Assembly: GCF_009914755.1 (NCBI RefSeq)
Contig: NC_060947.1
Length of the DNA stretch: 64,000 nt
Reading direction: 5' to 3' (one strand)
Source: the human T2T-CHM13v2.0 reference genome, Homo sapiens
Both the position numbers and the translations under genes were made by a program. Below the pieces are notes generated by a model. That model made no database searches. It saw only the letters and a list, made by a program, of their open reading frames with translations, and had not been told where the DNA came from. This document shows positions 1-64,000 of this stretch, in pieces; position 1 is the first letter of the stretch; the number at the start of each line of letters is the position of its first letter.

Positions 1-863
1 GGCACAGGGGATGGTTGTGGTCTTGTGGATCCCCAAAGGACTGGCTCTAAGCAGTGTCCCTTGCTGCCAGCTCCCCCTCCTTCCCCAGACTCTTTTCTCC
101 CTTGCCTTTGTGGACCCATGGATACCTGGCTGCCCCTCTGCCTCTCAGGCCACACTTTCCCGGCATCTCCTCTCTTTTCCATCATTGCTCAGGGCCTGTG
201 CTAGGTTTTCTTCTACTTTCACTCTTCCATCTCCCCACTGGGTGATCACTTGAGCCTACATTTACCCTCAGTACTCGAAGACCCCCAGTTTCCAACTCAA
301 CCCCTGTCCTCTTTCCTGAGTCCCTTAAATTTATTTTACTTATTGAACAGACACTGATGGAGCACTTATTGTGTGCCAGGCACTGTGCTAAGCACCTGAT
401 GAATATTAACTCATTGAATGCTAACCACGACCCTGTGAGGTAGATATTATTAGTATTCCTTTTTACAGATGAGGAAATTGAGACCCAGAGTGGTTATGTG
501 ATTTGGCCAAATAGTGGGGGAGTCTCAGAAACCTGTGCGGGGATTGTGTCTGTGGGTCTCTGTCATCCCACCCTGCAGGAGGTAAACATCATTGTGAGGG
601 TAGTGCCCATGCCAGCCGTGCTCATTCTTGTGCACCTAGCACCCAGTGTATTGCCCGGCACACAGTGTGAGCTCAATAAATGTCAGAATTGTTTAATTGG
701 GTTTAATTTTTCCCTATATCTAAGCAGCACCCCTCATTATTCTATTCTCTACCATAAAACCCTACATGAGGATCTCCTCGAGTTTCTCTCAGTCTGCTAT
801 TATCCTCTTTGTTAATTTATTTGTTATAATGTAGGCTCCATGAAGGTAGGGAGTTGGGTCTGG

Positions 864-1158
<295 letters not shown>

Positions 1159-1447
1159 TAGTTACTATCATGCTTCCAGCACTTTGAGTAGTACCAGATA
1201 TAAAATAAGTTCTCAAAAATGTGTATAGAATGAATGAATGGGGATTAAATAATAATATTGGCTAACATTAATTGGGTACCTACTGGGTTAAGGTATGTAT
1301 ATACACCTGTCTTACTTTTGTATCTTGTTTATTGCCTGTCCCTTACCCCTTCGCTGGAACAGAGCCAGAGGGCCACAGCCTATGTCTGCCTTGCTCACCA
1401 CATAGTCCTAGAGTCCAGAGCAGTGCCAGGTACAAGGCAGGTGCTCA

Positions 1448-4046
<2,599 letters not shown>

Positions 4047-4744
4047 CAGCAATGCAGGGGGCGGGAGGCTCGGCTAGCAAGGGCGGCGCGGGGCGCGGCG
4101 GGGGCGGCGCGCGCTCGTTGGAACAGCCCAGGCGGCTGCAGCCCCGCCCCTCGCGCCCCCTCCTTGCCCGCCACGCGCCTGCGCACAGCGGGTTGTACCA
4201 CAGTCTCACCGGCAGCCATTCCGGCCCGGAGGCTGGAGCCGTGAGAGCGTGCGGGAATATGCGTTGGGAAAACACAAGTCGAGGGCCGGGGAGAGGAGAC
4301 CTCCCTGCTCGGTCCTACAGTGTGACAACTTTGCCAGGCTCTTTTCTGAGTTTGTTAAACATGTTCACTCATTTAATGCTTACAGAAGTCCTACGTTGTA
4401 GGGACTATTAGGCCGTTTTTACAGACGAGGAAAATAATTCCCCAGAGAGCTTAAGTGACTCTCACAAGGTCAGCCAGCTACTAGCTGGCAGTGCCCAGAG
4501 TCCCTGCAGTTTAAACACGGTTCAAGGCCTTCCAGGTTCCTTTTTCATAGTCTGCATTTTAAGCACACCCTGAAACTCCTGCCCCCATCTAGCCATCTCC
4601 CTTATTTCTTTCTTCCTCTTTGTCAAATTAATGCCTACTCGAACTCTACCACTTTACCTATTTATTCCTTAGCTCTCTCTTAATTGGAATAACCCTCCTT
4701 CCTGCGACTAAAACTAGGCCCATCAAGGTCAACAGTGATGGCTA

Positions 4745-5120
<376 letters not shown>

Positions 5121-5375
5121 TCAGGGTGGTGAGTATCAAAAAGTTTGATAACGTTCCGTATTGGTAGGTTGGCCAGAAACAAGCGTTCTCATAAATCGCC
5201 TGTGGAAGTTTCATTGGTATAACGTGTAGAAGGCAATCGGGCAAAATCTAAAAAAAAAAAATAACAAATTCATTTACTGTTTGGTTCACCTTCATACTTC
5301 TAGGAATTCATCTTACAGATAGACTCATACATGTGCTAAAAGATATATGTATAAGATAATACATGACTGGGCTGT

Positions 5376-5689
5376 TTATTTTTTATTTTTTTTTGAGACG
5401 GAGTCTCACTCTGTTGCCCAGGCTGGAGTGCAGTGGCATGATCTCCGCTTACTGCAACCTCCGCCTCCCGGGTTCAAGCAATTCTCCCTGCCTCACCCTC
5501 CCTGAGTAGCTGAGATTACAGGCATTCACCACCACGCCCATCTAATTTTTTTTTTTTTTTTGTAGTTTTAGTAGAGATGGGGTTTCGCCATATTGGCTAG
5601 GGTGGTCATGAACTCCTGACCTCATGTGATCTGCCTGCCTCGGCCTCCCAAAGTGCTGGGATTACAGGTGTGAGCCACTGGGCCAGGCC
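5376..5689 (-). mobile_element. AluS
   Basis: Reverse Alu; TSD GGGCTGTTTAT at ~5369 and 5691. Confidence 0.9.
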
Positions 5690-6278
5690 AGGGCTGTTTA
5701 TAATAGGATAAAGAATGGACACTCCCAAAGTGCTCATTGTTGGTAGCCTGTTTAAATAAACTCTGATACTATGCCGCTGTCATTATAATAACATGGAACT
5801 ATGGAATGATTGCCAAGATATTTAGTTAAGTAAAAAATGCAAGATGTCAAACTGTGTGGTAATTGTGTACAAAGAGAAGAGAAGGGTTATATCAGACAGA
5901 GAATAGCTAACATTTAAATTGTGGCTGTTTTCTGTCAAGTACTCTTTAGAGAACTTTGCCTGTATTACTCACTTAAATTCTTACTGTAACCCTATGTGAC
6001 AGGTACGACAACTATCTTTGTTTTACAGCTGAATAAACTAAGAGGCGGAGAGGAATTTTCCTAAGTTCACACAGCTGGTAAATTGGTAGAACCAGGATAT
6101 GAACCCAGGAAGTCTGGCTCCAGCACCTGTTACTCTTAGCCACTGTGCTAACTTATCAGTACACCATCTTTTTTTTTTCAGCACACCATCTTGTATGTCT
6201 GTGAAAGATACCTGATAATACTATTTGCTTCCAGAGGGTAGGGAAACTTTTCACTTTATACCCCTTTGTACCTTTTGA

Positions 6279-6898
<620 letters not shown>

Positions 6899-6908
6899 TA
6901 CCTTTTGA

Positions 6909-7223
<315 letters not shown>

Positions 7224-8965
7224 TCAATACCTGTTTTTTTAAACATGAAAATTCACACATATATGTAATGGATACTTCCCTGTTGTTGCCTTATTGGGGA
7301 AGCAGTACACAGGAGGGGTTAAAAGCATGGATCTTGGCATCAAACTGCTTGAATTTGAATGCCACCTCTGATACTTCTTGTTTGACCCTGGACAGGTAAG
7401 ATGGTTTAAAATGATACCTATAAGGTTGTTGCACTGATTCAACGAGATGATCACTGTAATGCAGTTAGCACAGGGCCCAATAAATGGTTCATTTTACCTC
7501 CTACACATCTCTGGAATCCACTCACTTCTCACCATCTCCTCTGCCACCTCCTCTGGCTAAGGCGACCATCATTCCTGCCAATTTTAGCATCTCCAGTCTC
7601 TTCCCCCTCCCTTCTGTTTTCAGCATAGCCGTCAGAACATCTATTTAAAATGCAATGTTAACTATGTCACTACCCTACTCAAATCCCTCCCATGGCTCCC
7701 CACTGCTTATAGGAAAAATCCCAGAGTTTGGGACCTGGCATTCAAGGTTCCACCTGATCTGGCCTCAGTGGCTTCTCCCACCTCATCCCTCAACAGTCTC
7801 CCTTCACTCTCTGTGCCCTGCCCATGACTTGCTGTTCTCACCTAACTCCAGCCCAACCACTTTAAGCCTTTGTTTCAAGGCCTAATGTAACTCAATCTTC
7901 TCAGTCCTAGTCTCCAATTCTGGCTTCCCTCAAATTTCAGTCCTGGCTTGATTGGCGCAGATTATACAAATGAGACACCCCTGTTCTGGGAGCTGGGAAG
8001 AGTTCCTCCCCGACTGGTGGTCTCATCCTGCACCACTCCCAATGCTACCTTCAATTCCTCTGGAGTGGGGCTGACTCCCACTTTGGATGAGACCTGTCCC
8101 GTGTTTCAACCAGTTCAGTTTGCCCCGAGAGAAACCCAGAGCCGGTGCCTGGCACATAGTAAATGCCTGATAAGCCTTCAGTGAGCGAATGTAACCCCAA
8201 AGGCTGGGTGAAGAGTAAAGCTGGGGCAAGAAGCAGAGAGGACCTCTGGGATCTGTGTGGGATAAGAGTAGGTTACTGTTAGGTGGTCTCAGGAAAGCCA
8301 GGTGGGCCCTGAGTGGGTTCCCCAGGGCTGGGAGCCCTGACCTTTGCTGTCACCTATGTTGTCTACTGATGGATTTAGGTTTTCTTTTCTTTCTCAGGCA
8401 GAAAGTGGGAGATGGGAGACAGAGCGATCTCAATTTAGCCACCCTAAAATTCCTGTTGCCGTCAGAGGACCCCTCTGCCTAAGATGCATCACATACCAGG
8501 CCGATTCCAACCTCCAGGCCTCTCCCCTGGCAGGATTCTTCTCTGGGTTTCCTTGTCCTTTCCTTCTCATCCGTCTACCCTTCCTAGTTTGACCTGGCTG
8601 AGCCCTGGTGAAATCTCTGCCTCTCTTCCTCTCTGGGTCCAAGCACCCCTCACACCTGCTCTCTCCCCTTTCCTCCATCTCTGTCCAGTGCCCTCCCCCT
8701 CCCCCCTCCTCCACTCTGCCTCCAGCTTTTTTTGGCTGCTGTCTCTTCCTCCTCCTCCTCCTCCTCCCTCCTTCCCTGACGCTGAATAATCAGGCCTGGC
8801 TGTCCTGGTTTCTGGAAATACCCGTGTGTGGGCAGTGGCTCAGGGCTAGAACAGGGGATGGATGGATGGGGGCCCCTGGGCAGCCCCAGACCCCCAGTGC
8901 AAAGACAACAAAATCCAGGGATGTGGTCCATGCCTGCCTCCTGCTGGGGAGGGGAGGGCAGGAGG

Positions 8966-8971
8966 TTTATT
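8966..8971 (-). terminator. CACNA1F poly(A) signal
   Basis: AATAAA on the minus strand ~25 nt after the TGA at 8996. Confidence 0.75.
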
Positions 8972-8995
8972 GAGCAGTTGGGGAGGGGTGGGAAT

Positions 8996-37172
<28,177 letters not shown>

Positions 37173-37189
37173 CTTTCTTTCGAGATTGA

Positions 37190-37340
37190 AGGGCCATCTG
37201 CACACAACCCCCCTCTCTTCCCCCAGCTTTGGAGGGATTAAGGCCGCAGGGCGGGGCAATAACAGTGTTGTATGGGAGGGTGGCGGTGGGGGTGCAAATG
37301 GGACGTTTGTGGGCCAGAGCCTGGCAACAGATGAAATATT
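37190..37340 (-). promoter_or_regulatory. CACNA1F proximal promoter with CRX/OTX-type site
   Basis: CTTAATCC at 37242-37235, CAGATG E-boxes at ~37195 and ~37328, GC box at ~37248. Confidence 0.5.
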
Positions 37341-37484
37341 TACCAAATATATACCTGCAGCAAACAGTCAAACTAAAATAAGAAAAACGATGTCATTTTC
37401 CAGTAGTATATGGAATTCGAAGTATGTAGGAAAAACCTAATATATGTGCAATATCTCTATGGAAAAAAGATCAAATATTATCAA

Positions 37485-38528
37485 TTATTATTATTTTTAG
37501 AGACAGGGTCTTGCTCTGTCACCCAGGCTGGAGTGCAGTGGCGTGATCATAGCTCACAGTAGCGTTGAATTCCTGTGCTCAAGTGATCCTCTGACCTCAG
37601 CCTCTGTAGCTGGGACTGCAGGTGTGCACTACCATGCCCAACTATTTTTTTTTTAAATTTTGGGTTGCTTCGAACTTTATTTGAGAACAACAGAAGATAA
37701 ACCTATCAAAAGAACACACAGGTGGGTGCGGGGGCACGGCTAGTGGCGGCGGCCGGGGGCATCCGGGCTAAGGCTTTTACTTGGCTGCAGACTGGTCGGA
37801 TTTCGCAGCTCCTAGGCCCCCAAGCTGGGCCCGTGACTCCAAGGTGATCTCGTTGGACTGCGTGGCTAGCTTGGGCATGGGGGCCTCCACGGTCAGTGTG
37901 CCCTCAGGGGACAGGGAGGAGGAGACCTTGGTGGGGTCCACACCGGGGGGCAGCGTGTATTTCCGGGTGAAGCATCGGGAGATGTAGCCATGCTCGTCCT
38001 GCCGCTCCTCGTGCTTGCTGGTGATCTCCACCATGCCATCCTTGGTCTTGACCGTCAGCTCGTCGGAGGCGAAGTAGTTGATGTCCAGGGATACGCGCCA
38101 GCGGTCCGCTGTGGGCCGATTCTCCGAGACCCCGCCGCTGAGCTGCCGGCTGAGCGCGTAGCTGTAGGCGGGCGCGGCCACCGCGGGGCTCTCGACCGCG
38201 GCGGGGGCAGGGGACGCACGTAGCGGGGCCAGCAGCTGGTGCCCAACCACTGCGACCAGCCCGAAGGCCTGGTCAAAGAGGCGACTGTGCGGGTACCAGT
38301 CGCGGAAGGGGTCCCAGCTGGGGTCCCGCAGGAGCGAGAAGGGGACGCGGCGCTCGGTCATGCTGGCTGGCTCTGCTGGGGACGTCTGCTTGGACAAGTG
38401 TCAATTTTTTTTTTTTTTTTAAGAGATGGTGTATTGCTGTATTGCCCATGCCGGTCTCAAACTCCTGACCTCAAGCGATCCTCCCGCCTTGGCCTCCAAA
38501 ACTGCTGGGATTGCAGGTGCGCGTCGGC
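37485..38528 (-). mobile_element. AluJ split by the HSPB1 retrocopy (right arm ~37485-37645, left arm ~38405-38528)
   Basis: Two Alu monomers in consistent order and orientation on either side of the retrocopy. Confidence 0.65.
37645..38400 (-). pseudogene. HSPB1P2: HSPB1 (HSP27) processed pseudogene with an open 194-aa frame (ATG 38361, stop 37777)
   Basis: Intronless [12 protein letters not shown]...[15 protein letters not shown]...AAK, HSPB1-like UTRs, AATAAA at 37681-37676 and A-tail; symbol from recalled annotation. Confidence 0.92.
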
Positions 38529-38549
38529 TGTTCAAGAAATGGTTACATA

Positions 38550-38859
<310 letters not shown>

Positions 38860-39496
38860 GGTTACATAGATATTTGCTGTGTAATTATTCTTTGGAGTGT
38901 ACAAATGTGTATCATATTAAAGCATTTATTGAATGCATGGACACTAGTAACTATAACTTACATAGTGCTTTCTTATCTTATGTGTCAGGCACATAGTACA
39001 ACGTGCTTTATATAAATTAATTCTGTTTTAATCCTAAAAAGCAGGTACTGTCAATAGTCCCATTTTACAGATGAGGAGACTAAGACACAGGGAAGTAGTC
39101 GCTTTGTGTTAAAATTCTGCCCTTAATGTGTACACTTTTATAGCCTAGAAGATGAATGCCGCCTTAAACGAATGAGTCAGGAAGCCCCTTTCTGTCCGGC
39201 CCCTCCACTCCCCACCACACGGGTTGTTCCTTTTTCCCTTGGAAGAGCCCACTGGACTGCAGGTGGAAGAACTACAGTTCCCAGCAGCTATTGCAAGCTC
39301 AACCTCCGTGCACACTCACCCCAGGCCTCACATCCGGCATGCGCCGTGCTCGCTCACAGAACTACACTTTCCAACTCTCCCCACACGACCCGTGACACTC
39401 TGTGGACCGCGAGCACGGAGCAGGGTTTCTACAGCTGCTCCCCACTTTCTCGGACCCGGTCCTGGACCCAGCCCCCGACTCCGACACGGCTCCACC

Positions 39497-54123
<14,627 letters not shown>

Positions 54124-54317
54124 GGAGCCGCCGGCAGAGGTCTCTCCCCAGCCTCAGGCAGGGATTTGGGGTGCTGGAGGCAGTGGCCAAGCACATGCCC
54201 TAGCTACTTCCTCCGCTGTCCAGTTCCTCCTGCTGCGGCCTTGGACCCAGACCCCTGCCCACTGACCGCAACCCTTATATGGGGTGATAGTCCAGCATGT
54301 GGGGAGCTCGGCTGCAG

Positions 54318-54323
54318 TTTATT
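54318..54323 (-). terminator. FOXP3 poly(A) signal
   Basis: AATAAA on the minus strand 873-878 nt after the stop; corresponds to the known IPEX AAUAAA>AAUGAA site. Confidence 0.9.
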
Positions 54324-54359
54324 GGGGACGGTACTGTGGGTTGGGGGCCTTGGATCCCA

Positions 54360-54365
54360 AATAAA
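54360..54365 (+). terminator. CCDC22 poly(A) signal
   Basis: First AATAAA after the TGA at 54123, followed by GT-rich sequence. Confidence 0.85.
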
Positions 54366-55195
54366 TGAGTAGTTCCTCTGCAGTCTAAGCTGAGGCATGG
54401 ATCAGGGCTCAGGGAATGGGAGTGAGGTGAGTGGCAGGGGAGACACGGGGTATTTTTGGCAAGGCAGTGTGTGTGGCTGTGTGTGTCTGCACGGGACTCA
54501 AGAGACCCACTGGGGGGCTGTGCGTGTGCATATGCGTGAGATACACAGGTGAATTCTAACAGGCCGTGTGTGTGAGCGAGCACGTGTTGGGACCTCAGAT
54601 CCTGAGGGTACTGACGCTGCTTCTGTGTAGGCCTCTGGGCACACCCCTGTGTTGACAGTGCCCCTGTGGGCCCTGAGGCTGGCTGTGGGTGCGTGCCTTG
54701 GGGTGTGTGGGTTGTCAGGGCTGTGCTTGTGTGTGATTGTGTGATGATGCAGCTTTGAGGTTGTTTGAGTGTACTGAGGCAGGCTCTCTGTGTTTTGGGG
54801 TTTGTGTTGAGTGAGGGACAGGATTGTGACATTTTGTGTGTCTGTGTGACTTTTCCAGCCCTGAAGTAATCTGTGCGAGCAGCTGAGGCAGGCTCTGTGT
54901 GGCTGGTTGTGAAGGCTCTGTTTGGCTGCAGGGCTCGACTGGGGGGTGTGTCTGGGGCGGAGGTGGGGGCTGGGGCCAGGACCGGGGCCCCTCTGAGCAG
55001 CCTTGGGGCAAAGGATATGATGGGGGAGGGGGTGGCTGCCAGCGGGGGAACAGGGGCCCTGGCAGGCAAGACAGTGGAAACCTCACTTCTTGGTCCCTGT
55101 GGGCACATCCAGGGCCTATCATCCCTGCCCCCACCACCTCTGCCTCCCACCAGTTTGGCCCCTGTTCGTCCATCCTCCTTTCCTTGATCTTGAGG

Positions 55196-62617
<7,422 letters not shown>

Positions 62618-62799
62618 CTAGCACAGCCCTGGTGTGGATGTGTCCTCTATGAGGGCAATGGTTGTTTCCCCCTCCACTTGAGAGCTGTTTCAAGCCTCAG
62701 GCCTCTAGCCCTCCCTGCACCCTGCACAGGCTGTGTTTGCTCATCTTGCCGGAGCTGGTCTCGGACTTTCTCCTCGGAGTCCTATTTTGCCCCAGTGAC

Positions 62800-63250
62800 T
62801 AGGCATGGACTCAAAAGATTCATCTGGCTGCTGTGAGTGGGGCTAGTGAGGAGGCTATTGTAACAGTCCTGGCAAGTGATGATGCTGGCACAGAATGGGC
62901 TGGTGGCAGTGGAGAAGGCGAGAAGTGGGTAGATTCTGAGACTTAATCTGAAGCTGGATCAGGAGCAGTGCTAGCAGCTTGGATGTAGTGGGCAAGAGGG
63001 AGAGTCAAAGTGACATGGGTTTTAGCTTGAGCAGCTGGAAGGACCGAGCTGACATTACCTGAGATGGGGGACATGGCGGGGAGTTGGATTGGGTGCAAAA
63101 GTGCAGGTGTAGATAGACATGAAGAGTCTGGCATTAAATATGTGAGTGGAGGAGCTGAGGGGGCAGCTGAATACGGGGGTCTGGATCTCAGGGCAAGGAG
63201 GCGAGTCCAGGAGTGTGATCATGCACGGATCCAGCATGGCAAGTGACAGA
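62800..63250. mobile_element. L2-like fragment
   Basis: GGAGGCTATTGTAACAGTCC...GGTGGCAGTGGAGA...GAGAAGTGGGTAGATTCTGAG resembles the L2 3' region. Confidence 0.6.
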
Positions 63251-64000
63251 GAGGAGGAGAGACGGGGTCTCTTGAGCTGGGGCCTGTAGAAGCTTCTCTA
63301 CCCAGCCCCCATCAGAGTTCACCCCAATTTCTGGCCCTCAAGCCTGGCTCATGCTACACCCCCTGCCTCAAATGCCCACTCCTTCTCCTCTTTCCCTGTC
63401 CAAGCCACGCAAGACCTGCTCTTCTATTGTCCTCACCTTGAAAGCCCTCCACAATGGCTCCGGGCCCCCTGCTGAGCCCCAGAACCTTCCACTCCCTGAG
63501 GGAAGCACTGGCTTTTCAGGATCCTATAATCCTGGTCTGAGAGGAAGCCAGAGCTGGAAGGGACTGCCCAGCCAACCCCATTATACAGAAGGGGATGCTC
63601 AGATGCCGAGTTCCGTAGTCCCATAGTGACTTGAGAACTCCACTTCTTTCTTTAGGAAGTGTTTCCGTGTGCACATTTTATAAACTCTCTGGTGTGTGTG
63701 TGTGTGTGTCTCCATCTCCCCGTTCCACCTCACAGCACTGAGTTGGGCACACAGCTGCTGAGAGCAGCCCGGGGGAGTATAGAAGGGTTCTGGGGGAGCA
63801 GTTGCTCCTTCCTTTCTTTGCTGTCACCTCCTGGGGGTGGTTGTCAGAGCTGTGGTGCTGAGGGAGATGAGTGTGAGAATCCAGGTATTAAGTTCTTAGT
63901 CTCCTGGGGGCTTAGAACATTACTGCGTGAGAAACAGGAGTGTGGGTCTGTGGAGGCTCCGAACAAGGGCCTGGGAGAGCACTGGTGAGATGAGAAGGTG

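Noticed and set aside
54275-55150. 291-aa ORF in the FOXP3 3'UTR
   Set aside because: Non-ATG start, T-poor composition suppresses stops, no recognisable domain, and it runs past the poly(A) signal.
63250-64000. FOXP3 CNS2/TSDR
   Set aside because: No CpG cluster with the CREB/ETS sites is visible; it is expected just beyond the window edge.

Overview
This is the human (or very close great-ape) Xp11.23 locus, a well-studied region rather than an uncharted one. Left to right: the 5' part of SYP (minus strand, coding exons 1-3); the complete 48-exon CACNA1F/Cav1.4 gene (minus; my exon walk sums to 5934 nt = 1977 aa + stop); an HSPB1 processed pseudogene between the divergent CACNA1F and CCDC22 5' ends; the complete 17-exon CCDC22 gene (plus; 1884 nt = 627 aa + stop); and all 11 coding exons of FOXP3 (minus; 1296 nt = 431 aa + stop). 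The non-coding FOXP3 first exon, promoter and CNS2/TSDR lie beyond the right edge. More than 30 Alus, MIR/L2/L1 fossils and microsatellites fill the introns. I found no convincing new gene system. The most unusual signals are: (1) a ~620-bp inverted copy of an Alu plus its 3' flank, inserted ~870 bp from its source with a target-site duplication (candidate tailless Alu 3' transduction); (2) an HSPB1 retrocopy whose ORF is rescued by compensating frameshifts but lacks the IPV oligomerisation motif; (3) a minor-spliceosome-like CACNA1F intron with a rare GC donor; (4) a YCAY-dense field upstream of a 21-nt CACNA1F microexon; (5) interdigitated convergent poly(A) signals of CCDC22 and FOXP3. Exon coordinates were read by hand; repeat boundaries and subfamily calls are approximate.
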